Source of the DNA: a virus
IMG/VR virus record: IMGVR_UViG_3300045988_169872
Span: 1-41,635 of that record
Reading direction: 5' to 3' (one strand)
Length of the DNA stretch: 41,635 nucleotides
The notes beneath the pieces were generated by a model. The model had not been told where the DNA came from. It made no database searches and saw only the letters and a list, made by a program, of their open reading frames with translations. Shown here in pieces: positions 16,084 through 24,926 of the stretch (within the stretch, counting starts at the first letter, position 1; the number at the start of each line of letters is the position of its first letter). The position numbers and the translations under genes are program-made.

Positions 16084-16692
16084 ATGGACTCGTTGTACGT
16101 CAAAACTGCGGACGGATTGCAGAAAGTTGAGATTGAAAGTACCGGCGGTGGCGGTGATTACCTCCCGCTTTCTGGCGGGACGCTGTCTGGAGACGTATCT
16201 CTTGGCGGGCACCACATCAAAGACGCCAACTATTGCTACGCCAATTGGTACGCTATCAACGCGGACATTAAGAGTGATGTGGCGGCAAATGAGTTTTTGG
16301 TGAAGAGGGGCGGCTGGATTTATTCCAGAACGGGCGAACAGCTTCTCTCAGACATTGGGGCGGCGAGATCTGTGAACGTTTACTCTAAGGCCGAAGTTGA
16401 CGAAAAGCTAAAGGCAAATTCCGGCAACAGAGTCAGTGTTATTCGTGAGCGACAGGTGCTTACATCCGCAATCCCTGCGGGTACGGCGTATGCAGTGCCC
16501 GAGCATGTGGTTGGTGGCTCTGACCTTGTCGTGGTCTTCAATGGCGTTCTGTGCGTTGAAGGAGCCACAGAGCAGTACACCGACGTAAATACCACAAGTA
16601 TTCAATTCAATTTCAATTTACCGATTGGGTCTGAAATTGATGTGATTCAATTCGACGGAGGCCTCTATGAGCTATCCAAAAATTTATCGTGA
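16084..16692 (+). CDS. Tail fibre component
   Basis: DYLPLSGGTLSGDVSLGGH motif is typical of fibre proteins. Confidence 0.6.
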   Translation: MDSLYVKTADGLQKVEIESTGGGGDYLPLSGGTLSGDVSLGGHHIKDANYCYANWYAINADIKSDVAANEFLVKRGGWIYSRTGEQLLSDIGAARSVNVYSKAEVDEKLKANSGNRVSVIRERQVLTSAIPAGTAYAVPEHVVGGSDLVVVFNGVLCVEGATEQYTDVNTTSIQFNFNLPIGSEIDVIQFDGGLYELSKNLS

Positions 16693-17092
16693 TCTTTTCC
16701 AAAATGACGGGGCGGGGGACAAGCTCAGAGAAGACGTGATTCCGGACACTGTGGTGAAGACGTCGGGGCTGACGGCTGTGACTAACGGGCTTATTCCGAA
16801 AAGCGGCAACGCCGGAACACTCACAACATCAGAGGCCATCGCTACGGCAAGCACTGTTAACGACAAGTCTGCACGCTCAATGAATCTTGCCTCGGGAGGT
16901 TCGCTGACGGTTGCGAACGGCTCGGCGAGCATGGCTTGGATTACGGTCGTTGCGCTTAACGGCTCGGCAACCATCACGCTCGGGAGCGCTTGGGCGTGGA
17001 GCGGGTCGAGTCCTACGCTAGCGAAGGGCTTAGTAACCCTTGCATGGTACGGCACGTTCGGGGTGGCAAACTTTCAGAAATTCGGAGAGTAA
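16667..17092 (+). CDS. Hypothetical tail-associated protein (141 aa)
   Basis: GGAGG 5 nt upstream. Overlaps the previous gene by 26 nt. Ser/Thr/Gly/Ala-rich and apparently beta-rich. Confidence 0.5.
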   Translation: MSYPKIYRDLFQNDGAGDKLREDVIPDTVVKTSGLTAVTNGLIPKSGNAGTLTTSEAIATASTVNDKSARSMNLASGGSLTVANGSASMAWITVVALNGSATITLGSAWAWSGSSPTLAKGLVTLAWYGTFGVANFQKFGE

Positions 17093-17095
17093 GGG

Positions 17096-17653
17096 ATGCA
17101 GGTCTTTTACACATATAACGGCACGGACTACCACAGCGAGTGGGAAGTCCGTATGGCGATTCAAAAGAATGAGAACAAGCGGCTCGGGGAGGTCGAGGGC
17201 AAGCCGAGCGAGTTTTGGCCGAAAAATGGCGTGGCCTACACCGAGCGGCCTGACCCCGAACCTACGCTGGATGATCTGAAAGCGGCGAAGAAAACGGAGC
17301 TTGAAGCGGTCTATTTGCTGTGGCGTAATGAGACCGGATACTTCACCAGCTCGATGGGCTTTAGGGCTAACGGCAACAGCCGCGCCATGATGGATATCGT
17401 GGGACTTGACCGCATGGCGGACAAACAGCCGAAGGCAGCGATTACGTTCAGGGATTACGACAACAAGTATCGGCAGTTAACCGCTGAACAGGTGCACATT
17501 CTCGCGGATGAAATCACGGCGGCGGCGAATGACGGGTATCAGCAAAAATGGGAGTATGAAAAGGCGATCAATGAGGCCGCCGACAAGAACACCATTAAGG
17601 GCATGAAGATTGAATTTAAGCCCGCCGATTACAGCACTCAGGCTGAGGTGTAA
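17096..17653 (+). CDS. DUF4376-like protein (fibre-associated or assembly)
   Basis: LDDLKAAKKTELEAVYLLWRNETGYFTSSMGFRANGNSRAMMDIVGL resembles DUF4376. Confidence 0.55.
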   Translation: MQVFYTYNGTDYHSEWEVRMAIQKNENKRLGEVEGKPSEFWPKNGVAYTERPDPEPTLDDLKAAKKTELEAVYLLWRNETGYFTSSMGFRANGNSRAMMDIVGLDRMADKQPKAAITFRDYDNKYRQLTAEQVHILADEITAAANDGYQQKWEYEKAINEAADKNTIKGMKIEFKPADYSTQAEV

Positions 17654-17655
17654 TT

Positions 17656-17901
17656 ATGCGGGCTTATTTAAAGCAGGTTCTAATAGGGTTGGATCAGCTT
17701 TTGAACACACTCATGGGCGGCTGGGCTGATGAAACACTTTCTAGCCGGGCATGGCGGCATTACGTCAAGGGTGATTACAAGTGGCCGAAAGTGTTGATCG
17801 ACGGGATTTTGTTCTTTGACAAAGATCACTGCCAGCGCTCTTACGAGAGTGAAATCAAGCGCAGTCAGTTGAAACCAGAGATGCGGGGGAAGGTATGCTG
17901 A
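17656..17901 (+). CDS. Hypothetical protein (81 aa)
   Basis: LDQLLNTLMGGWADETLSSRAWR is a recurrent small phage/plasmid protein motif of unknown function. Confidence 0.5.
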   Translation: MRAYLKQVLIGLDQLLNTLMGGWADETLSSRAWRHYVKGDYKWPKVLIDGILFFDKDHCQRSYESEIKRSQLKPEMRGKVC

Positions 17902-18704
17902 ATAAAGCCATTCTCGGAAGCCGCCCCACGTTCCGCATTACCGTTTCAGCCGGATCAGGCGGCACGGCCTCGGTTAACAAGCAATATGCCGCCGAAGGTG
18001 AAACGGTAACAATCAGCATCAGCCCGTATTCGAACTATGTAATTTCCTCGGTATCAGTACCCGGCGCGACTGTTTCAGGCAGTGGCTACACACGTACATT
18101 TAAAATGCCTGCGCAAAATGTGACGGTATCCGTCATGTTTACCTACGTTGCCCCAACCTATTCAATCAGTCTCAGCGCTGGCACAGGCGGAACGGCTAGC
18201 CTAAGCACCTACAGCGCAACGGCTGGCACGCGTGTTTACATTTATGTGAGTCCGTCCACAGGTTATGAGGTTGCCAGCGTATCAGCCAGTGGCGTTAGCG
18301 TGTCAGGCTCAGGAACTACCTACTATTTCACGATGCCTAGCAGATCGGTAAGCGTGAGCGTGAGCTTTCAACTGTACGCAACTCATACGGGAACTGTTAA
18401 TAAAGTATATGACGGGGCCAGATATGTTTTTAGAGCAGATGTTGGTAAAGCAGATGTTGCAGGATACTATCCTCTGCGGTTAGATGTACGCGTGGATAAT
18501 CCAAAAAAGGTTTATTGTGTATATTATCAGTCCGCCCCACTCGACGGGAGAAGGAAAGTTACAAGACTAGATTCCGGGTTATCAGTTTTATGCACGACAA
18601 ATGAACTTAGCGATTACTCAGCATTTACCGGTTATTCGGACTCTGATTTTTTCACAGCAAAAGATGTTGGCAAAACAATAAGGTTTGCGATTCAAAGTAT
18701 TTAA
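17895..18704 (+). CDS. Protein with two divergent InlB B-repeat-type domains plus an AT-rich C-terminal domain
   Basis: Two repeats of about 85 aa: ITVSAGSGGTASVNKQYAAEGETVTISISP...FKMPAQNVTVSVMF and ISLSAGTGGTASLSTYSATAGTRVYIYVSP...FTMPSRSVSVSVSF. Window 18481-18540 is about 40% GC by hand count. Confidence 0.6.
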   Translation: MLNKAILGSRPTFRITVSAGSGGTASVNKQYAAEGETVTISISPYSNYVISSVSVPGATVSGSGYTRTFKMPAQNVTVSVMFTYVAPTYSISLSAGTGGTASLSTYSATAGTRVYIYVSPSTGYEVASVSASGVSVSGSGTTYYFTMPSRSVSVSVSFQLYATHTGTVNKVYDGARYVFRADVGKADVAGYYPLRLDVRVDNPKKVYCVYYQSAPLDGRRKVTRLDSGLSVLCTTNELSDYSAFTGYSDSDFFTAKDVGKTIRFAIQSI

Positions 18705-18934
18705 ACTAATACAATTACCCTGTCATTTGCTCATGTGTTTGGCGACACATGAATGGCAGGCAATGATTTTCTATAAAGGGCAGGCGGCGGCATGGGAGGG
18801 CTGCATAGCCGCTCCCATGGTGGCGGTTCTTTCCTTGCTCGATGCGGGCAGGACACGAGCGCTGAAACAGGACAATCGGATATCGTCTGTCGTTTTTATC
18901 CGGACAAATATGTTTTTTGGTAGTGCCTAATGCG

Positions 18935-18959
18935 AAACCCCGGCTCGACCGGGGTTTTA
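18935..18959 (+). terminator. Strong hairpin terminator ending the fibre operon
   Basis: AAACCCCGG-ctcga-CCGGGGTTT followed by Tac. Confidence 0.75.
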
Positions 18960-19010
18960 CGTGCGCGTACTTCCTGACTCTGCGCCGATCATGCTGGCAT
19001 AGGAGGCGCT

Positions 19011-19451
19011 ATGGAAATACGTAGAACGACTTGGGCGGAAACGTTCGCACGCCCTGAATTTCAGCAGATTATCAAGGACTACGCAGAAGAAAGCGGAAGT
19101 CCTTTCATGCGTGGCGCGCCGAACCCCGACGAATACATAACGGCCGAAAAGGCTGGGGCCGTTATTCCTATTGGCGCCTTTGACGATGGGCGCATTGTCG
19201 GCGGGGTCAACATCATGATCCACCGCATCCCGCACTATCAAGAAGTTCTGGCGTCCGTGGAGTCCATCTTCCTCGCCAAAGAGTTCCGGCATGGTACGGC
19301 GGGGCTGCGGCTTTTGCGTGAGGCCGAGAAGGTGGCCCGTGAGGCCGGCGCCCAGGTGCTGATGGTAGGGACGCGCTGCGGTTCTCGGTTTGAGGAACTG
19401 TGCCGGCGCCTCTATACGCCCGTCAACACGGTTTTCCAGGTGCAGTTATGA
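19011..19451 (+). CDS. GNAT-family N-acetyltransferase
   Basis: Acetyl-CoA-binding-type segment IFLAKEFRHGTAGLRLLREAEKVAREAGAQVL. AGGAGG Shine-Dalgarno upstream. Confidence 0.75.
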   Translation: MEIRRTTWAETFARPEFQQIIKDYAEESGSPFMRGAPNPDEYITAEKAGAVIPIGAFDDGRIVGGVNIMIHRIPHYQEVLASVESIFLAKEFRHGTAGLRLLREAEKVAREAGAQVLMVGTRCGSRFEELCRRLYTPVNTVFQVQL

Positions 19452-19876
19452 CGGCGGCACTGCAATCTCGCGGAGAACTGCCTCCGACAACGGCGGCAGG
19501 GATTGCCGAAGTGAAAGCCCTTGAGGCGTTCAACGAAACGATGCCGCCGGCGGACGTGCCGACGGATCACTTTATCCACGCCGGCTGCTATGTGCGGACG
19601 TGCCGAATCGCGGCCGGGGTGCTGCTTACCTCGGCCCTTATCAAGGTGCCGACGGTGGTCATCATCAGCGGCGATGTGGTGATTCGCACGGATGGCGAGT
19701 CTCATCGGGTGACGGGCTACACGGTACTACGGGGCATGGCAGGGCGCAAGGTGGCCTATCACGCGCTTCAAGACACGGTTATCACCATGATTTATGCGAC
19801 TCAGAAAGCGGTCCCGGAAGACTGTGAACCTGAGTTTACGGACGAATACGAACATCTTCTCACTCGGAGGAAATAA
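19448..19876 (+). CDS. Hypothetical beta-rich protein (142 aa), coupled to the GNAT gene
   Basis: ATGA overlap with the GNAT stop. No confident family call. Confidence 0.55.
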   Translation: MTAALQSRGELPPTTAAGIAEVKALEAFNETMPPADVPTDHFIHAGCYVRTCRIAAGVLLTSALIKVPTVVIISGDVVIRTDGESHRVTGYTVLRGMAGRKVAYHALQDTVITMIYATQKAVPEDCEPEFTDEYEHLLTRRK

Positions 19877-19878
19877 CA

Positions 19879-20196
19879 ATGTCAGGTGCAACAACGGCGG
19901 CAATGGTTGGCATGGCGGCAGTGGCTGCGGCGGGTACGGCCGCTTCGATGTACTCAGCCAATAAGCAGGCGAAAGCACAAGATCGCGCAACGCGTCAGGC
20001 GGAAGATAACGCTAAAAAGCAGGCGGAACAGTCCGCGCAGGCTACGCGGCGCCAGCAACAGAATCGGGCGGACGTGTCCGGCATTCTCTCGATGAATCAG
20101 GACGGCGGTTTGTCCGGCGGGTCTACGCTTCTGTCCGGGGCCGGCGGCGTCAATAAGAATCAGATGAGCTTAGGCGGTGGTTCTACGTTGGGGTAA
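19879..20196 (+). CDS. Small Ala/Gln/Gly-rich protein preceding the portal gene
   Basis: GGAGGA Shine-Dalgarno. Hydrophobic N-terminus MVGMAAVAAAGTAA, then a charged helix and a Gly-rich tail. Confidence 0.55.
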   Translation: MSGATTAAMVGMAAVAAAGTAASMYSANKQAKAQDRATRQAEDNAKKQAEQSAQATRRQQQNRADVSGILSMNQDGGLSGGSTLLSGAGGVNKNQMSLGGGSTLG

Positions 20197-20199
20197 GCC

Positions 20200-21885
20200 A
20201 TGAGCGACGGTAAGGACTTACGTGAAACAATCCTGCGGCGCTGGGTGGTGCTCTGCAATGAGCGTGAGCCCTACGAATCTCAGTGGCTTGAGATTTCACG
20301 CCACATAACGCCGGCAAGTGGGCGTTTCCTGGGGACGGATGTTAAGAATCAGTCCCGTAGTCGGTGGAACAAAATCTACGACAATGCGGCGACGTACGCG
20401 GCGACGATTCTGTCGTCCGGGCTACAGTCGGGGATGAACGATCCTTCGACGCAGTGGTTCGCGCTCACGACGGGAACGCCTGATTTGGACGAAAGCCACG
20501 AGGTCAAAGTTTATCTCGACCGTGTGCAGCGCATTTTGGAAATGGCGTTTGAAAGCACAAACGTCTATCAGGCGTTGCACCACGGTTGGCGTGAGGTCGG
20601 GGTCTACGGAACGTGCGCCATGATTATCGTGGAGGACGCGAAGGCTGGCTTCCACTGCTATCCGTTGGTCTGCGGTGAGTACTGCATTGGCGTAGATGCC
20701 TGTAATCGCCCCAATACGGTTTATCGTCGTTTCTCTATGACGGCGGCGCAGATGATTGAGCAGTATGGCCGTGCCAAGTGTTCTAAGGCCGTGCGGGACG
20801 CGTACGATCAGGGCCGCCCGGATAAGTCCTTCAAGTGCATTCATGCCATTGAGCCGCGCTTTGATCGTGACCGCACTAAGAAAGACAATCTCAATATGCC
20901 GTGGCGGATGGTGGTGTTGCAGATTGACTGCGACGAAGGCGAAGACGGAATTCTCCAGGAGTCAGGCTACAACGAATTTCCGGCGGTGGTGGGACGCTGG
21001 GGTGCGAACGCTTCGGACGTTTATTCCGAAGAAGCCCCCGGCATCATTGCTATCGGCGATACAAAACAGCTGCATCACGAGTGCCTGCAGAAGGGGAACG
21101 CCATTGATTACGCGGTGAACCCACCGTTGATCTTCCCGGTATCCGCGAAGGAATCGGAACTTGATTTCCTGCCTGGCGGCCGAAACTTCATTGATATGCC
21201 CTCTCAGGCGAATCAGGTGCAGAGTGCTTGGGCGGTTAGACCTGATCTCACGGCCCTGGCGGCGGATATGCAGGATATTCGTCAGCGTATCAATCAGGCG
21301 TTCTGTGTCGATATGTTCCTCATGGTGTCGTCCGCGAACAAGCATCAGATGACGGCTGAAGAAGTGGCGCGGCGCAATGAGGAAAAGTTGATGCTCCTGG
21401 GGCCGGTGCTGTCCCGTCTCAATAACGAGGTGCTGAAGTCCCTCATTGAACGAGCTTTCAACATCCTCGCCCGTGCCGGACAATTGCCGCCGGCGCCTCC
21501 GGAACTGCAGGGGCAACAGCTGAAAATCCGCTACATGTCGATGTTGAGTCGGGCGCAACGCTCGCTGCGGGCCAATAGCCTCGATCAGTACCTGATGCGT
21601 ATCGGCAATCTCGCTCAGTACGACAATCGGGTGATAAAGAAGATTGACCCCTTTGCGGCGGCCGACGAATATGCCGATTACCTCAGCGTGGCTCCGTCGG
21701 TGGTGGTGCCGACCGAGCAGGCGATGCAGGCCGTGGAAGCAGAGAATCAGGCGATGCAGCAGCAGGCTCAGCAAGCCCAGATGGCTCAGGGCGTGGACTC
21801 TCTCGCCAAACTGGGAAAGGTGCCGGCGGATGGTTCGACGATGGCCGGAAAGGTGGTGCAAGGCATGATGGCGGCGCAACAGTAA
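20200..21885 (+). CDS. Portal protein, T7-type head-to-tail connector family
   Basis: N-terminal LRRWVVLCNEREPYESQWLEISRHITPASGRF pattern. The 561-aa size fits a portal. Confidence 0.85.
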   Translation: MSDGKDLRETILRRWVVLCNEREPYESQWLEISRHITPASGRFLGTDVKNQSRSRWNKIYDNAATYAATILSSGLQSGMNDPSTQWFALTTGTPDLDESHEVKVYLDRVQRILEMAFESTNVYQALHHGWREVGVYGTCAMIIVEDAKAGFHCYPLVCGEYCIGVDACNRPNTVYRRFSMTAAQMIEQYGRAKCSKAVRDAYDQGRPDKSFKCIHAIEPRFDRDRTKKDNLNMPWRMVVLQIDCDEGEDGILQESGYNEFPAVVGRWGANASDVYSEEAPGIIAIGDTKQLHHECLQKGNAIDYAVNPPLIFPVSAKESELDFLPGGRNFIDMPSQANQVQSAWAVRPDLTALAADMQDIRQRINQAFCVDMFLMVSSANKHQMTAEEVARRNEEKLMLLGPVLSRLNNEVLKSLIERAFNILARAGQLPPAPPELQGQQLKIRYMSMLSRAQRSLRANSLDQYLMRIGNLAQYDNRVIKKIDPFAAADEYADYLSVAPSVVVPTEQAMQAVEAENQAMQQQAQQAQMAQGVDSLAKLGKVPADGSTMAGKVVQGMMAAQQ

Positions 21886-21990
21886 CGAATCTCTCCTGAG
21901 AACCGTGGGCGGTCTTATGCCGCCGCCCTTTCCCCCTGCGCGTATGCGCCCTGACCTGTCTTAGGGTGCGGACAATCAGGGGGATTTTTT

Positions 21991-22710
21991 ATGGCAACAA
22001 CTCCGACAACTTCAGGAAGCACCGGACTCACGCCGGCTCAGGCAGGGTACGGAACGTTATGGATGCAGGCCGCGGCGGGCCTTATGAGCGCTTTTGGCGG
22101 CATGAGCGTTGCCCGGCATCAGAACTCTATCGCGAAGGCTCAGGCCAATATTGCCAGAATCAATGCGCAGTCCATGGAACTGCAGGCGCAGGCTGTCTTG
22201 CGGGCTAATGAGTCCGCGACAGTGCGAAAAACGATGGAAGCCGGGCAGCTGAAGTCGGCTCAGCGGGCGGCCTTGGCGGCGAATGGCGTGGCAGTAGGCG
22301 AAGGTTCGGCAGCAGAAGTGCAGGCTTCGACTGATATTGTCAAAGAAATGGACAAGAATCAGATGAAGGAGAATGCCGTCCGGAACGCCTGGGGCTACCG
22401 GATGCAGGCGGCGAACTACGAGGGGCAGGCGCTGATGGCGGAAGCCTCAAAGCAGAGCGTTGGTCTGAACTTCGCTACGTCCATTCTCAATACGGCGTCT
22501 CAGGTCGGCAGTAATTACATGCTCATGTCCGCCAACGGCGTTTTCAAGGATGCCGGCAATGGGACGCAGACCGCTCAGCCGGGCGACTCCCTCACGCTCA
22601 AAAAGACGCCGACTATCGAAGTGGGTGGCGCAAAGATTCCGATGCTGGGTAGCACTCAGGCCGCGCCGACGTTCCAGTACGGCGTCTTTAACGGCGTCAA
22701 ACTCTATTAG
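21991..22710 (+). CDS. Putative internal virion/ejection protein (239 aa)
   Basis: Position after the portal. Helical Ala/Gln-rich sequence similar to podovirus internal proteins. Confidence 0.5.
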   Translation: MATTPTTSGSTGLTPAQAGYGTLWMQAAAGLMSAFGGMSVARHQNSIAKAQANIARINAQSMELQAQAVLRANESATVRKTMEAGQLKSAQRAALAANGVAVGEGSAAEVQASTDIVKEMDKNQMKENAVRNAWGYRMQAANYEGQALMAEASKQSVGLNFATSILNTASQVGSNYMLMSANGVFKDAGNGTQTAQPGDSLTLKKTPTIEVGGAKIPMLGSTQAAPTFQYGVFNGVKLY

Positions 22711-22721
22711 GAGAAGGCACG

Positions 22722-24926
22722 ATGCCGATGGTTCCGATGTATCAGGGCGGCGTGCCGTCCGTTGTGGATTCCGGACAGACAGGGCGGCAGGTGGCCCAAC
22801 TTCCGAATCAGACGATTAACTACGCGAAGTTGATGCAGGATGCGCAACAGCCCTTGCAGGACTTTGCGAACAATGCCGGTAAGGCGCTTCAGACGATTGC
22901 TGCACGGAATATCAAGGCGGAAAGCGACGAGGCCGAAATGAAGTACATGGAGGCGGTGCAGACGCGCCTCTATGATCCGGAAGCCGGCTACTTCAATCAG
23001 AAGGGTAAGAATGCCGTAGACGCCTACGACGGCGCGATGCAGGGGCTCAAGAAGGATGCCGACGACATTCTCGGCAGTTTGTCGCCTTGGGCCCGTGAGG
23101 CGGTACAGTCCCGCATTCAGGATCGTCTCCGGTCGGCTCAGGGGCAGTCCATGCAGTGGATGAGCCGTCAGCGGGACGCCTGGCACATCGGAACGTCTAA
23201 AGCCCGTATTGATTTGCTTGTGGAAAGCATCGGGCAGAACTACGGCAACAAAGACTACTGCGGCGCGTCCTATCAAAGCCTTGACGATGAAATCACGGCC
23301 CTTGCCAAAATGCAGGGTCTTGGTGAGGAACAGACGAAAGCCTTGCGCGAAGGTTACTGGGATATGGCTCAGGCTCAGCGCTATAACACGTGGGGGCAGG
23401 ATGACGCTGTGGCGGCCTTGACGGACTTTCAGAACAACCGAGGTTCCATCGGCAATGACGTGGCGGCCAAGATCGGGACTCAGCTGTGGCAACAGGCCAA
23501 ACAACCGCTCGCGATGATGCTCGCCGGTTCCGTCGGCGAGACGATGCTGAACAAGAAAGACTTCATCAAAGAGTCCCTGAAGCCCGGGCATCGTACCGGC
23601 ATCCCGGCGATTGACGGGCTTAATCAGGCGCAGAAGGTGGAGCTTTTCTCGGCCGCCTATTCCTATGCGGCACAGAACCGGGCGGCGGCTCAGGCGGATT
23701 TGCGGACGGCGGTGCAGAACTCAGTGAAGACGGCGGCAGATCATGGCTATGACGAGAACGAATTGTCCGAAGAGGATTTCGTCAGGGCGTTTGGCGAGAA
23801 AGCAGGCAAAGAACGCTACAACGATTACAAGGCGGCCTTCGATACGAATACGGCGGTCTATACCTATCAGTTCATGGACAATGAGCAGATTCAGCATGAC
23901 CTTGCGAATGCGAAACCCGTTCCGGGTTCTCCGTCCTATGCCGATGACCGAAAGCTGTATGACGCTCGTGTGAAGGCGGCTCAGAAAATTGTGAAACTCC
24001 GGGCTGCGGATCAGGTGGGCGCTGCCATTGCCACAAAACAATTTGGCTATGAGCCGTTGAATTTTGAAGTCCCGGACAAGATGATGGCTCAGCTTGGCGA
24101 ACGCGTGGCCCAGGCTGAGAGCGTTGCAAGAGATTGGGGTGGGGCGCCTCGCATTCTCTCTAAAGATGAGTCGGCGCGGCTGGTGACGGCGCTCAATGCA
24201 GCGGACGTGGACGGCAAGGTGGCGCTTCTGTCTCAGATTGCAAACGCTGTGGGGCCGAACGGTATCCGGATGGTGTCGGATCAGCTGAAGGCGAGTGACA
24301 AAAAGTACGCCGTGGCGATGGCCGGATTTGACATAACGCCGGGTGACGGCGGCATTACTTCCGGAGAAATGTACCTTCGAGGGCTGCAGCTCATCGCCGA
24401 AAAGCAGGTCAAAGATGATCCGGCAGTGGAAACCGGCAATGTGGCACGGCTTTACGCAACTATCAATCCGGACAACGATGGGACGCAGTGGCTGTTTAAG
24501 TCGGATGCGGCCCGGGCCGATACGGTGGAATTGGCACGCGGCATCTTGGCCTATCAGCAATGGGCGGGCTCCGGAAGCATTGAAGACGCCATAGCAGCGG
24601 CCGTCGGGGGCGATGTTGAAAAGTACAACGGCAAGAAAACAGTGATGCCGAAGGGAATTGACGCGTCGGCCATTTTCTCGGAAGACTTGGAGAATCTCGT
24701 AGAAACCCAGGCGCAAAAAGTCAAAAAGGCCCGTGGCACGTTTTACGTCAGCGGACTGGCGATGACCGGCGCAGAGTTGGCCGCCAAGATGCCGAAACTC
24801 GCCCTGCAGACTGAGAAGGTGAACTCAGACGGCAGTGTGACCTACAGCCTGATGCTTAATGGGGAATCGGTGTTTGGTGACGACGGCTCCCTCTATACGT
24901 TCGATTTGGTGAAGACGAAGGAATGA
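22722..24926 (+). CDS. Putative internal virion/ejection protein (734 aa)
   Basis: AGGAGAAGG Shine-Dalgarno. Large helical protein in the block between the portal and the polyvalent protein. Confidence 0.55.
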   Translation: MPMVPMYQGGVPSVVDSGQTGRQVAQLPNQTINYAKLMQDAQQPLQDFANNAGKALQTIAARNIKAESDEAEMKYMEAVQTRLYDPEAGYFNQKGKNAVDAYDGAMQGLKKDADDILGSLSPWAREAVQSRIQDRLRSAQGQSMQWMSRQRDAWHIGTSKARIDLLVESIGQNYGNKDYCGASYQSLDDEITALAKMQGLGEEQTKALREGYWDMAQAQRYNTWGQDDAVAALTDFQNNRGSIGNDVAAKIGTQLWQQAKQPLAMMLAGSVGETMLNKKDFIKESLKPGHRTGIPAIDGLNQAQKVELFSAAYSYAAQNRAAAQADLRTAVQNSVKTAADHGYDENELSEEDFVRAFGEKAGKERYNDYKAAFDTNTAVYTYQFMDNEQIQHDLANAKPVPGSPSYADDRKLYDARVKAAQKIVKLRAADQVGAAIATKQFGYEPLNFEVPDKMMAQLGERVAQAESVARDWGGAPRILSKDESARLVTALNAADVDGKVALLSQIANAVGPNGIRMVSDQLKASDKKYAVAMAGFDITPGDGGITSGEMYLRGLQLIAEKQVKDDPAVETGNVARLYATINPDNDGTQWLFKSDAARADTVELARGILAYQQWAGSGSIEDAIAAAVGGDVEKYNGKKTVMPKGIDASAIFSEDLENLVETQAQKVKKARGTFYVSGLAMTGAELAAKMPKLALQTEKVNSDGSVTYSLMLNGESVFGDDGSLYTFDLVKTKE

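Noticed and set aside
18685-18930. 81-aa ORF in the post-fibre intergenic region.
   Set aside because: The start lies inside the preceding gene without an SD, it uses rare codons, and the sequence is dominated by hairpins. It is treated as non-coding, with low certainty.
14092-19010. Diversity-generating retroelement, expected by analogy with BPP-1-like phages (mtd/TR/brt near the fibre genes).
   Set aside because: No reverse-transcriptase-like ORF occurs anywhere in the window. I could see no template/variable repeat pair between the fibre gene 3' ends and the downstream non-coding region.
21886-21990. Hairpins in the portal-downstream spacer: GGGCGG...CCGCCC (about 21909-21930) and the GCGCGTATGCGC palindrome.
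   Set aside because: These are weak stems without a convincing U-tract. They are probably a minor attenuator or just a GC-rich spacer, and are not reported as a feature.
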